The notes under the pieces were generated by a model. It saw only the letters and a list, made by a program, of their open reading frames with translations, had not been told where the DNA came from and made no database searches. Of a DNA stretch of 47,246 bases, positions 11,836 to 24,662 are shown piece after piece (the stretch's first letter is position 1; every line of letters starts with the position of its first letter). Source of the DNA: Phoronis australis (taxonomy: Eukaryota; Animalia; Phoronida); assembly GCA_002633005.1 (NCBI GenBank), contig NMRA01000509.1:117913-165158 (forward strand). Reading direction: 5' to 3'. Position numbers and translations under genes: made by a program.

Positions 11836-13413
11836 TTAATGTAGAATCCTTCTATCGTAGAAGAAATTATGATAAAAATGGTTTAATTAAATTGCTGTGA
11901 TGGGTTTCCATTTCATGACAACAGGTTTGAGTTGATGCGCGCTTACATTAATGAATTCATTCGGCATGGTAGATAATTGGCGATTGCGTCGTGACCTCAG
12001 AGAAAAGACTGAGCCTGATGATTAACAAAACTGAGATTGATGCCAGGCCTCTGAAGACAGACTAAACGGAAGATAGTTTTAGTGAGCTTACCTGATACAC
12101 TTGAAATCTCTCACACTGGGTCTGGAAGTGTCTTGTCTCACTTGGAGTGACAAGATAGAAGCCCTAATTTGTTGTGCCGAGTTAGAAATTTACTAGAATA
12201 CGGGTATTCTAAACTACTTAAACTTCCAAGGGACTTCACTACCACAGTAATGCATTGGAGTGGGGTCACTGCATTTGCTAATGGAATTTACAAAAAAATA
12301 GGCATTTGGTGTTGGAACCTGTGGCGATAAGCCCATGGTCCAATCTGTCGAAGCAAATGTCTTTGATATAGTCATTTTAAAGCATAAAGTGTATAAATCC
12401 ATTTTTGACACTTATAAACTCTGTGATATTTCTGGAATAGCTTACTGGGTCACTCAGTGTGATAACACATATTTTTCGGACTTTCTAATGTTTTCAAGTA
12501 AGAGAAAACATGACTAAATTGACTGAAGTTTTGCACTCTCTTGGATCAAATTTCACTTGTGCACCCAGACTGAGTGGAAAATAGCCAACTGAAGCTACTG
12601 CAGTGCAGGAGCAAGCGAAAATAATGTTACAAACATTGTAAACCTTTAAGTTAACTAGCAACATACTTTTTACGTTGTTTCAAAATAACAATGACCTGAA
12701 ACCCTGAGATTCATAGTAGTTGGTGCCCAACAGAGTGTGTTCACCGATCCGTGCATGTCTGTCCCCCTCCCATCTCTGTACAAGCGGACTGCATCATTTC
12801 AAAAAGCTATCGAAAAATTCAAACGAAATACCCCTCAAAAATTTCCTCAAATTTCACACTCATACAGCGGCCAATGGTCGACATTTAGTTGTGCATCTCT
12901 CACAATCTAGCGTGGCAACCTCATTCTCTATGCATGGTAAATTGTTCATGTCTGTCTAGCCAACTTCATGCTTGCAAGCACAGAAAGTTAGTTGTTTCCC
13001 AAACCAACTCCATGAAGGAATGAGCCCAATCTAAGTTGAGGTAGCAGCCATTCACAGGGTAGTCAGTGATCAACCAGCATGCCATGAAGTGTTCTTTAAT
13101 TTTTTGAATATCTTCCATTCTGCCTTGCTCTGTTTTTGATGATGGGACAAAAACGTAGAACATGTTATCGAATGTACTGAATTACTTAGTTGATTCTCGA
13201 TATGGACAGTTTGGTGAATTATCACCATCATGACTTGATTATGTCATCATTCAGAGTGATCTGGTAATTATCTGAGAATCTACATATAGATGCACTCAAG
13301 ACCGAGAATTGCTGATAAAGAATTTAAGTTAATATAATTCTGTATTGACTTGTGAGCTTTTATATAATTTGTGTGACAATATTCTCAATTTTGAGTGTTT
13401 CCTCCTCAATGCG

Positions 13414-13561
13414 CAAAGGGGGGATCCAGGGGGGCCGGAGCAAGATTTTTTCAAAAAGGGGGTACAAGTCAACAATTTGAAGACTTTAGATGATATCACT
13501 AAAATTAAGGGGAAATGGAGGTTCTGGACCTTCTTGATCCCCCCCCCTGGATTCGCCTATG
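13414..13561. mobile_element. Short degenerate non-autonomous DNA element (G-rich/C-rich ends)
   Basis: Imperfect terminal inverted repeats CAAAGGGGGGATCCAG ... CTGGATTCGCCTATG. A similar right end occurs near 31030-31048. Confidence 0.5.
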
Positions 13562-13737
13562 ATGTGTGAAAGACTCATTAACGGGCTTCCAAATCTGCTC
13601 CTTAGTAACTAGAATGTACTTCTTGTTTTATTTTTTTTCAGTTTTTACTGCCAGAATTTTGTGATCTGCACACCACTAAAATGTAACAAGGTCATCAAAG
13701 CTTAGTCGGCATTGTTGACTGTGGCAGAGTTGAGGGG

Positions 13738-14552
13738 ATGTGGCCCCGGAAGTCTTTCGTCTTGCGCACAATTGCGCTGTTTCTCTCTACCTTCCTACTA
13801 TTCTTCATCTGGATTAGCAGTCCACTAAAAGATGCTGACAACTACCTCACCAAGAAATTCTTGGGTAAACAAGATTTCAACCTTGAAGAAGCACGGCGAC
13901 ATTCTGTTAATGCAGAGAAGTCAAAGGATACGCAGTTATTCAAACAAAATCCTGTGCAAGAACGAGGTCAACTCAGTGGAATGGTTTTTCGCCCCAACAT
14001 CTCTGCTGCTACTCCCCCATATTTTCCGCCATTTAAATATGATGACAGTGATGATGATGTCATGAATATGACATCAGAGGAAATGGAGCTAGTTGCCGAA
14101 CGCAACGCAATAATCAACATCTCTAAGGAAGAATTAAAGCTGGCTCTTACAGTTAACATTGTCAATCCTCATGATTTCAATGTGTTGATCAACAATGAAC
14201 ACATTTGCAGTGGCCGCAAACCAATATTCCTGATAATCTACATTCACTCCGCACCCGACCATTTTCAGCGGCGGATCGCCATCCGCGAGACATGGGGCAA
14301 TCCGTCGATGTTCCGCAGCCCTCGGCAGATACGGACCGTTTTTATGATCGGTCGGACAACATCAGAGTCAGTGCAGAACTCGATCATTCTAGAGAACAAT
14401 ATCTATCATGACATTGTGCAAGAAGATTACCTAGATAGCTATAAAAACTTGACATACAAAGGTGTGCAGGGTCTGCGTTGGGTAGCCAACCACTGCTCGC
14501 ATGCAGCCTATGTACTGAAAACAGACGACGATATCTTTGTGAACATCTTCAG
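13738..14552 (+). CDS. Beta-1,3-galactosyltransferase-like (GT31, B3GALT1-like), coding exon 1
   Basis: Type II membrane anchor (IALFLSTFLLFFIWI), stem region, then IRETWG, DYLDSYKNLTYK and LKTDDDIFVNI. Acceptor at 13641, donor AG|GTAGGT, phase 2. Confidence 0.93.
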
Positions 14553-15313
14553 GTAGGTGGCATTGGTGGTGTTAAAGGGACACACTGGGTTTTGGCGCTG
14601 GATAACGCAGTTTTGAGATTATTGTCAGATTGGATTACACTTTTTGAAGTTATTAGTTTTGAATATATCCATTAAAAAACAAGTCTACCTTGTTTTTGTG
14701 ATTTTATTACACTGTATTGGCAATTCTCGTGTTGGCTAGCAGACATTCACTGAGAAATCAAAGCTGGCTACATTGTCACTTAAATTAGAGTTCGTGGCTA
14801 ACTAAGGGTTGCACTGTGACTGCTGAGGTAGTGAGCTTTGAGTCCATCTTTGAGCTATTCTCCAAAATCTGATTTCTTTTCAATTTTGCTACATGTATCA
14901 TGGCACTGTTGCTTAGTATTGAGCCTTATTCATTATATCAAAGGGGATTGTTAATATTGCTGTACCACTTGCTCTTGTTGACATCCACTGTGTTTGACAA
15001 CGTGTTATTGTTATTACCATTTTTAGTGGTACGCTAATTTGAGTACTTAACAATTCACTGTTTAATCTATTTGCTTCAATCTTTTTATCGGATTTACCAT
15101 CTTGGCTTTTTGTTGACAGTATTTCAGACCATCATCATAAGAGCGGACAAGCGTTAAAGCACACTACTTGAAAGCAGTTTCACATACGTGATCACATTTA
15201 GTTGTTTATGTAATTCTTTTCCATTCGCACTTTTAAATCTTGTCTGCACGCCCCCTATTGGTTACACAACAGTTGAAGATTTACATTGTTGATATTTCTT
15301 ATTATTGTTACAG

Positions 15314-15776
15314 TCTGTTAACTCACTTGGAAAGTCTGCGCATGCATGGCGTTGCCATTAGCAACACGATCCTCTGCAATGTCTGGACGACCATGATTGT
15401 TATGCGAGATAAGAAGAGCAAATGGTATGTGTCCAAGGAAGAGTTCAAAGATGACATGTACCCCACCTATTGTTCAGGCTCAGCATATCTGTTCACAACA
15501 GACCTCATACCAAGGATGTACCTGGCATCGAAGACAACAAAATTCTTTTGGGTCGACGACTTTTATATCACAGGACTTCTGGCCCAGAAGGTGAATGCGT
15601 CCTTCCATAATTTCAATTCACTTTACGTGCTCAATGCTAATGCAGTGGTAAAGGAGTTCACTGGAGGCGATAATTGGACATGGGTGTTTGGTCATTTACA
15701 TGGCTTAGACAAGATGTACTACGTGTGGAAACGCATCGCACAAAAGTTTGCAAAAGCCATAGCGTCGCAACAGTGA
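15314..15776 (+). CDS. Beta-1,3-galactosyltransferase-like (GT31), coding exon 2; spliced CDS is 425 aa
   Basis: Acceptor ttacag at 15313. SKWYVSKEEF, YPTYCSGSAY and WVDDFYITG motifs; TGA at 15774-15776. 815+463 nt gives an intact frame. Confidence 0.93.
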
Positions 15777-16280
15777 TATGGCACATTAAGTATGAGATTG
15801 CACATGCTTTGGGAGGCCCTACTTAATCCATGGAGATAACTGCAGGTTAACAGCATCGCCAAATCTGAAACTCAAGGGAATCCAAGTGATCCGTTTTTTT
15901 ATGATTTATATTAAAGACATTTTTTAATCGTTTATCTTTCTACCAGCAATTGTTGCGACGTTGATGGAATGGAGTTCCATGAAAATGTCCATTTTTGCTA
16001 CAGAACTTAACACGAGCATTTCAGATATTGTTGTGCTCTGTGTTGAATTGAATGATGAATTTATTTTTCTTCGCCGTGCTCACTGTGTCAGAAGATGAGG
16101 ATTTATTTTGCTGTTTCTGTAAGCCTAGGATAGGAATCCTTATTTTTCTGCAGCACTCCCGTCAGAGATACATGTGTACATGATTATTATCCGCTGTGGG
16201 ATTTTACCTTGATATGAACCCTCTTCACTTGGTAGAATTCCACTGCTCTCACCAGGTAGTTTCTTCACATGCATTTCAAA

Positions 16281-17487
16281 TTTTGTGAAATAGCCGATGG
16301 CCTTTGATATATTCTGTCAGCCCTTTTTCCCTGCTGGTATCGATTTACACTTGATGAAGACTGAACAATCCATGTTAAATTATCCTTATCCGTGATTCAG
16401 GGTTTTGATTTGATGTGAGTTGCACTTCATACATCATGACACTGATCCAGGCTTTTGACAAGGGGGTGATCTTACGAAGGACCAGTGTTAGGGTAGCTCT
16501 CATATCTTTGGTTACAGCATGTGGAGGTGACCAAATATTGGATACCAACCCATGGACTCTTTATATGCATGCCAGGTATCAGCTTCTAGTGATTGTGAAT
16601 CATTTTTCATAATTCAAAATGGCCGTGGTGTAATCTTGGCGTCTTCATGGACTCTAAACTACGTACGTTTTTATAACTCATTTGAATACGCTATCACCAG
16701 GAAGACTTTTCTTGCTATTACCAACTCAAGCTGCTGGGGATATCGTCCAGATAATGAAAATGGTTTTCTTGTTATCTTAACCCCACCAGCTTAAATTTCA
16801 AGGGCTTGAAATCGTATATCACCCATGGACCCGAGTGGATGTCCTGAGAACTTGGGACTGTCTATCACAATAAAATAATGTTATGTCTCCTCTGAATGAT
16901 ATTGAGATGGGACTATCTTAAAAGGATACTAAACTCCGTTTTGATGATTTCCACCAATCCTCATTCTGTTACCTGCTAATTCTCCATTGGAGTCAATCGT
17001 ACAAGTTAAAGGCAGGAATGAAAATTAAAAATTCATCACTCCTAATGTCACAGATTGGACAATATCTTCCTTGGCTGGTGGTCTTTTCCCACAATTGCCA
17101 TGTAATTCGCTAAAAGGGTAGGACACTCTTGCCGGTTTAACAGACTTTGGAAGGAGTTTCTAAATTTTCTCCAAACTTCGAGAGTTTTCGAGAGTTACAG
17201 AAAATTATTTTTGTTTCAGAGAATTGGATGGGAAAGCCATTTTTATTATCTGTTAAAAGGCCAAAGCGGTGTTTGGTATCCTTTTAATTTTCCGGTGTTT
17301 TGATTACTGTGTTATACAAGCACTAGATGAGGCGACCCGTTTTCAGAGTTATACTCTGCCTCTGTTAATATTTCCTTTTTTGATCGTGTATAAAAGCTAT
17401 GTGTGGCTTTGAAATTTTGTGTTGATTATAAACTTAATACTATATCTGCTTGTTTATTTAATAGAAAAGATTGGCTGACATACTTAA
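16281..17487 (+). repeat. ~1.2-kb segment duplicated at 18065-19264 (probably allelic haplotypes assembled in tandem)
   Basis: Near-identical sequence with scattered SNPs and small indels. The second copy starts exactly at the end of the N gap. Confidence 0.9.
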
Positions 17488-17864
17488 AGGGGAAGGCAAC
17501 CTTTTCCATGTCATTTTGAGCTAAAATAAGGTTGGTTGGTTATCCTAGACATATTTTCCTCTTAATTACAGCTTTTCGTAATTTTATTAATTACTCGTCC
17601 GCTCTTCCGGAAGTGACGTTTTAGGAGGTAAGCATTTCGCGCCAATTTCTTTTCATATAGTCTGACTTGAGAGCTGCCGAGTCAGTCATTGTTCTACCTC
17701 GGTTGTGTTAAGTTCTGTCGTCGTTTGCTTTCATTTACTAGTCAGTGAATATGCCACACTGTTGCTGCGTACCAGGATATACTAATTATCGGCTCACGCG
17801 CGCTTTGGGAGTACCTTTGCATCGCTTTCCGATGGATGACACACTTCGCCGTACTTGGCTCGTT
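17488..17864 (+). mobile_element. Second Kolobok-type copy (5' end and THAP start), truncated by the gap
   Basis: TTAA (17484-17487) then AGGGGAAGGCAACC, homologous to 10495 onward. ORF MPHCCCVPGYTNYRLTRALGVPLHRFPMDDTLRRTWL. Confidence 0.87.
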
Positions 17865-18064
17865 NNNNNNNNNNNNNNNNNNNNNNNNNNNNNNNNNNNN
17901 NNNNNNNNNNNNNNNNNNNNNNNNNNNNNNNNNNNNNNNNNNNNNNNNNNNNNNNNNNNNNNNNNNNNNNNNNNNNNNNNNNNNNNNNNNNNNNNNNNNN
18001 NNNNNNNNNNNNNNNNNNNNNNNNNNNNNNNNNNNNNNNNNNNNNNNNNNNNNNNNNNNNNNNN
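17865..18064. other. Assembly gap (200 N)
   Basis: Run of N. Confidence 1.
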
Positions 18065-19264
18065 TTTTGTGAAATAGCCGATGGCCTTTGATATATTCTG
18101 TCAGCCCTTTTTCCCTGCTGGTATCGATTTACACTTGATGAAGACTGAACAATCCATGTTAAATTATCCTTATCTGTGATTCAGGGTTTTGATTTGATGT
18201 GAGTTGCACTTCATACATCATGACACTGATCCAGGCTTTTGACAAGGGGGTGATCTTACGAAGGACCAGTGTTAGGGTAGCTCTCATATCTTTGATTACA
18301 GCATGTGGAGGTGACCAAATATTGGGTACCAACCCCTGGACCCCTTTATATGCATGCCAGGTATCAGCTTCTAGTGTTTGTGAATCATTTTTCATAATTC
18401 AAAATGGCCGTGGTGTAATCTTGGCGTCTTCATGGACTCTAAACTACGTACGTTTTTATAACTCATTTGAATACACTATCATTAGGAAGACTTTTCTTGC
18501 TATTACCAACTCAAGCTGCTGGGGATATCGTCCAGATAATGAAAATGATTTTCTTGTTATCTTAACCCCACCAGCTTAAATTTCAAGGGCTTGAAATCGC
18601 ATATCACCCATGGACCCGAGTGGATGTACTGAGAACTTGGGACTGTCTATCACAATAGAATAATGTTATGTCTCCTCTGAATGATATTGAGATGAGACTA
18701 GCTTAAAAGGATACTAAACTCTTGTTTTGATGATTTCCACCAATCCTCATTCTGTTACCTGCTAATTCTCCATTGGAGTCAATCGTACGAGTTAAAGGCA
18801 GGAATGAAAATTAAAAATTCATTACTCCTAATGTCACAGATTGGACAATATCTTCCTTGGCTGGTGGTCTTTTCCCACAATTGCCATGTAATTCGGTATA
18901 AGGGTAGGTCACTCTTGCCAGTTTAACAGACTTTGGAAGGAGTTTCTAAATTTTCTCCAAACTTCGAGAGTTACAGAAAATTATTTTTGTTTCAGAGAAC
19001 TGGATGGGAAAGCCATTTTTATTATCTGTTAAAAGGCCAAAGCGGTGTTTGGTATCCTTTTAATTTTTCCGGTGTTTTGATTACTGTGTTATACAAGCAC
19101 TAGATGAGGCGACCCATTTTCAGAGTTCTGCTCTGCCTCTGTTAATATTTCCTTTTTTGATCGTGTATAAAAGCTATGTGTGGCTTTGAAATTTTGTGTT
19201 GATTATAAACTTAATACTATATTTGCTTGTTTATTTAATAGAAAAGATTGGCTGACATACTTAA
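18065..19264 (+). repeat. Second copy of 16281-17487, ending in an empty TTAA site
   Basis: GGCTGACATAC-TTAA-TTTCTG here versus GGCTGACATAC-TTAA-AGGGGAAGG in the first copy. Confidence 0.9.
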
Positions 19265-19584
19265 TTTCTGATTTCTGTATGTTTAGGCCACCCTGACATC
19301 AGAGAGATTATAAAAGAGGACACGTGAACTTATGTGCTGTTTGAACTGACAACAATGTTTTCTTTGTATGTTGTTTTTTATGATGTTTTAAGCCAAGTAT
19401 GCCAACCTGTCTATGTGTAAACTGTCAATCAGTTGTAGTGATGTTGCTGTTACAGTCTGTTGATTGATAAGACATTAATTCAGTGAATAACTGATTTCTC
19501 AATGAGAAATTATGAATTTATATTTCAAATTATTACCTACTCACATTGCACCGCATTGCAGTGTTGGTTTTATTATGCCTCAAA

Positions 19585-19900
19585 TCCATCAAAAAACAAG
19601 AACATTTCATCGCTTCCTTGTAATAGAAAACTGTTACCATGATTTCATGGAAATCCGTAAAACTTCAAAGCAACAGGGGAAAACGAGATAAAAATACAAT
19701 TGCCACTAGGGGTTGTCACAGTAGTCGAAGTCGTAGGAAAATCCTCGTCAACCTTCCTCCTCATATTACTAAAATGTTTGCCAATTTTCACAATCATCCT
19801 TCCAGTGGTTTGGTTGACAGAGGAGCGGACGCCAAAAAACAGACACGAAAACAATAAAACTGGCCACTAGGCGGTGCAAAATATCTTGAATCTGTCTGAA
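19585..19900 (+). repeat. Fragment of the HINE/satellite-like family seen at 27930-29610
   Basis: Shares GCCACTAGG..., GTAGTCGAAGTCGTAGGAAAATC and TGCCAATTTTCACAATCATCC blocks with that family. Confidence 0.8.
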
Positions 19901-21841
19901 AGTGGCGCATGAAAAGTGTTTCCGGAGCTCATTGAAAAACACTGCTGAGAATTGTTTTTGAGGCCTGTCTCATGGTATTATCAGGCTATGCTTTGACAAT
20001 TACATGTACATGGGGTTATTTACGCCGCGTTGTATCACTTTCTTCTCTTGATTGTTGTGCCATCTCCAAACAAATCAATGACAGTATTACTGTTCGTCCA
20101 AATTGGTCCGTTTGCGCTCATTCTCGTCTATGATATTACAGAATGTGGAAATAGTTCCTTGTCATAAACCTTCATTTACGCCAACATGAAAGCCTTCATC
20201 TGGGACAGGTTCTGTGTACATCGATTCAAGCTTTTTCAACTGAATAATTTTTCTCCATTTTAAAAGAGGACTGTAGTTAAAATAATGCTGCAGATAAGAG
20301 GTTCCAACATACAAATAAATAAAATGAAACTCAATTTATGATCGACATATGTTCCGAATGATATATAATAGATCGTGCGTCGCAAGCTCGTTGAAACCAA
20401 GACCGGGGAAGGCGATATAAGGTCATTTATTATGCCTAATACAATTGCAAGTAAGGCCATTTATATGACTAATACAATAACAAGTAAGATCAGTTATATG
20501 ACTAACACAATGACTAAACATAAATAAGGTAAAAATACTAATCTCTGGTAAGATGGGCAAATGAAAAGCGCCACAAGAGATGTGGTAAGACCGCTCATGT
20601 CCATAACATTTGCCCGACTTGCGCGCCAAACAAAAGCCGATTCGTATTCAGCATGGTCAAAACACTGAATCTTGAAAGCGATTGCTGATTGGCTGATGTG
20701 TCAGTGATTTGAATGGCGGGGTATCGGCTGCTTTCCACATTCATTGCTTATGTCATATTTTGAAGAGTTTACACTGTAATTATCATTGTATCAATTGTCC
20801 TTATTTTGCATTATTTGCCACAGTGCTGCAAAAAGTTAGCCATGCCTTTTTGTATGGCACCTGGTAGTTCAAACTCTTCGAAAAAGGTGTCGTCTGAAGG
20901 GATGGTCATCGCATACCATCGCCGGGTTTCCCAAGCCTTGGCCCAAAGCTGTATACTAAATAATAAAATAGGCCTATAGGTTTGCGCCGATAGGGATAAA
21001 AATGGACAAATAAAATATCGTGACACAAAATTAATGCCATTAAAACTAAACTCATCCTTGAGTAAACCTAGGAACTAGGCTCCCATAGTAAACTAACTCA
21101 GTATATACCGGTGTTGGAAAGTTAGCGATTGTTAATCGGCTGCTGTTAAAATTGTGATGCGTTTTCTCGAGTCGGCATTTGCGATTACGTCACCTGACCT
21201 TTACCAGTTTCTTTTCCCCCGATTCTTATATCAAGTGTGGTTCCGTGCATGTCACAACAACTTATCGGAACTTGTTTCATTTCGTTACAAGGTATAGTGT
21301 TTGATTTTACTTTATTTCTGTTTTTGTTGACAAAGGAAGTTGATCCATTCTTGTTCTTTTATTTACCGATTTATATTCTACATTTCATGAAACAATAGTA
21401 TCCTTGGGAGGCTCTGGATCGCGTTATTTAGTTTCAGATATTTTTTCTACGTTATCTGACAATGAAAAGTATGTCGTCGTTTTGAAAACAGTACTCTCGT
21501 GTCACTAAATTTTTGCGACATCTCTCGGGAAATGATGATAGCTTGGCGGCAGCAAAATTTCTTCTGAAATTCAGTTTTTCGGTATAAAAATCCTAAAAAC
21601 TTATAACCCCATGCAGTCGCAGCTATTTAACGCTCTGCAGACGGAGTTACATGTAAATCCCACTTGATCAACGGCATAGTATTTTAAAAACGGATTTTGG
21701 TTCCATGGTTCTAGCCGGCCAACAATGATCCCAATACGCGTTTAGTTTCGGTCGTTGTCCCTTTAAGCAGATCCTAGTGTTGCCCTGGAGAACTTGCCAG
21801 CTTCTGAATAAGTGAATTTGCTTGCATGTAAATGTACATTG

Positions 21842-22095
21842 CACGCGCTCACCCAGGGCGGGGCTCGGGGGCTCGAACGTGCCCCCCATTTGGCAAAGTG
21901 GGCAAAAAGGTCCGCCACAGAGAAACAAAAAGTCTCAGAAAACGAGACAAAGTCCACCAAAAAGGCGCAGACGCACAGTTCACAGTCCTGAAGGTGGTAC
22001 CCTTTTTTTAGGCCTGCCGTCTTTTTTGTCAGCAAAAGGTCCAAAACGTCAGAAATTCGAGCCCTCCCCCACATTAGAGGCTGGGTGAGCGCATG
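21842..22095. mobile_element. MITE, ~254 bp
   Basis: TIRs CACGCGCTCACCCAG / CTGGGTGAGCGCATG (one mismatch), flanked by direct repeat CATTG at 21837-21841 and 22096-22100. Confidence 0.75.
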
Positions 22096-22570
22096 CATTG
22101 ATAAATTTTTGGACGAACATCTCCCGCCTTTTAGATATGATATAATCCCTAGCCGCTTTGGCTTCGTAAGTGTAAGCTGGGAGTAGTGAGTGGTCCACTA
22201 TTGTGCGTGGCCTGCAATATTCATTCATTGTACTCGTGCTCTAGTGCGAACGCTGAGTTCAAGCTTCGACATTTTGTTTCTTTTCTTCAGAATCATTCCA
22301 GCGCTGATATTGTACGGCAGAAAATGTAATGTTCTGCGTTGGGCAGACAAAATCAAAGTCCGAGTTTGACGAGATGATTTTATTTACTAAGTCCACTTGC
22401 TACCTCAGTGAAAACTTTGAATCCTTGTGAGAACCGTGTGAGAACTGTAAATCTATGAAAATACACAAAATACTCTAAATACATGACAATATTATATCAA
22501 ACCGAATCTAAATTAAATTATTAACAACAGTCACTCTAAGAAACTAGTCAAAATTACTCAAATCTAACTG

Positions 22571-22721
22571 AATCGGTATATGAACTTTAAATCACATTTA
22601 CCAAACCAACATTTATCTTAAAACATATTATATCTTAGAACATTTCATAGCTCATAAACTCTAATGAGACTTACAGAAATTGCTCCCTTTGATCTTATCC
22701 ACGCATGAACATCCAATTCTT
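22571..22721. repeat. 151-bp direct repeat, left copy (candidate long target-site duplication)
   Basis: Identical to 23129-23279 except for 2 substitutions. Confidence 0.93.
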
Positions 22722-23128
22722 TTTTTTTTCCAGATTAAGTTTTTTTTATTTTCTCTTGCATGGGTATTTACAATTTACACGAAACAATAAACAATACAGT
22801 ATACAAGTACATTAGTTGCAACAAATTATCGTCAAGTATCACAATTTGGTATACAGAACAGAAATACAGATATGTAAGAAAAAAATCAAGCCATTCTCAC
22901 CCTTAACATACACGCCACACGCACCCGCCCCCCAACTTACTCTTAGTAGGATGTTGTCAGGCAAAAGTTATGGTTAACCACTTTCTCCAGGTTGCATGGT
23001 ATTCATCTAAATTACCATTATTTAATAAAATCCTTCTTTGAATATAAAATTCTCTTTCTAATATCTTAAGGAACTGACAGAAACTGGGGATTATTTTTTT
23101 ACACCTGGATAGGTAAATAAAATGTTTT
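22722..23128 (-). mobile_element. 5'-truncated L1/Tx1-like LINE (ORF2 C-terminus, 3' UTR, poly-A)
   Basis: Minus strand reads KHFIYLSRCKKIIPSFCQFLKILEREFYIQRRILLNNGNLDEYHATWRKWLTITFA* (stop at 22957-22959), the KxxIYxxR...P...W pattern of L1/Tx1 ORF2 ends. AATAAA and an A-tail abut the duplication. Confidence 0.75.
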
Positions 23129-23279
23129 AATCGGTATATGAACTTTAAATCACATTTACCAAACCAACATTTATCTTAAAACATGTTATATCTTAGAACA
23201 TTTCATAGCTCATAAACTCTAATGAGACTTACAGAAATTGCTCCCTTTGATCTTATCCAGGCATGAACATCCAATTCTT
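23129..23279. repeat. 151-bp direct repeat, right copy
   Basis: Matches 22571-22721. Confidence 0.93.
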
Positions 23280-23881
23280 GTTTCGTGTATCAGTATGATC
23301 CTTGTCAGTGACTGAACACACTCCTCGAAACTCTACAGACTCGGTGATCTGCCTAAAATACTTGATTCTCCAAAGTTACTGAGCTTCCTCGTCTCCTAAC
23401 TTTTTCTTTTGAGAATGACGCTTATGTTTGCTCCAGAATTATTTATACTCTAAGATATGACTAAACATCACATGGACACTGGTCAAGGCATAAGTACATC
23501 GGTGTGGGTGTTTCTTAGAATCAACCCACCTAAGTTGACCACTCCAAAACATATTTTGATGATCATATCTTGTTTGTCAGAACTACACTGAGAACTTAGC
23601 AGAACTAAAGCTTTTCTGAAGAAATTGCGCAATACTCAAGTTTACCACAACAAGTTGTTTACAATAACAAGTGCTGTTCTAAAATATTTGTGACTTTCAA
23701 AATAGTTAACTGATATTAATTAACACATTTATTCATAAATTCAATTATCGATAAACCGTTACATAATTCAAACATTTTCCATCAAAAATGTTACAGATAA
23801 TAGTTATCACATGTGCAGAAGTGTTGTGGAATCCATGCCACTTTTGAACTAGTTACCTTGAGATCATTCTGGGACGCCATG

Positions 23882-24662
23882 CTACTGCAACATAGCCACC
23901 CACTGATGCAAATTCTTCTCAAGATCGTCTGCCAGATCAGCAAACTCTTGAGACAGTTCACATTCCTCCTTAAGTGCCAAGGCTTTGGCGTGTTTTACCA
24001 GCGTGTGGATATCGTAAGGTAGTAAGACGATGCTAGCTACTCCACCGGCAATATGAACTGCACGCAGGAGAGGACTGGTTGCCTAGCTTGAATACAGTAA
24101 GTGCCACATCATCTCCCACCCCGGCCGCTAGTTTAATGCCAGTCTCAACAATTGTCTTTACAGAGGCTCCGGTTGAGACTGTTCCTAGGGCAATAGTTGC
24201 AAAATTCTTAAGGGATCTTGGCATGTCCTCGATCTTGGTCTTCGTCATTTCCAGTCTGTGTTCTTTCTGAAGCACGTCAAATAAAAGCAACAACTCCTCC
24301 ACCAGTTGATGGTCTTTCTTCATTAATTTGTTTCGCGTCTTTTTAAGTCTTCTCTTTTGAAACATCTCGCCGATGGAGGCTCCGAACCCTGTAACCCCCC
24401 CAGACCCGGCAATTGCAGTGCCAACAATTCCCAGAACTAAACTGGCTCCAAACGTGACGAATGATGCTGCAAAACCGCCTATGGCAAGCCCTCCGCCGAC
24501 TATACTCGCCACAGCTCCAGTCGTCTTTGCGATGCGAACGTCCCGGTTGATTTGGCCCAATTCAATCACCATCTGCCTAAGCTGTTTTATAACACCCCTC
24601 CTAGTTTCTACCCATTGTTTTCCAACCTTTTCAATCTCTTGCATCAGTTCTTCAAGTGGCAT
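23882..24662 (-). pseudogene. Apolipoprotein L family gene with a single frameshift near 24083 (pseudogene, null allele or sequence error); ~259 aa if repaired
   Basis: Amphipathic N-terminal helix and Gly-rich hydrophobic hairpin (IAKTTGAVASIVGGGLAIGGFAASFVTFGASLVLGIVG...GGVTGFGASIGE). A shifted frame continues LRAVHIAGGVASIVLLPYDIHTLV...LADDLEKNL to TAG at 23882. AATAAA at 23728-23733. Confidence 0.85.

Noticed and set aside
15547-15575. WVDDFY instead of the usual EDV motif in the GT31 protein as a sign of inactivity
   Set aside because: The acidic pair is retained and I recall DD variants in invertebrate GT31 proteins; there is no other lesion.
18199-18579. 126-aa ORF in the duplicated segment
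   Set aside because: The other copy (16415-16794) is frameshifted, and there is no recognisable motif or splice context.
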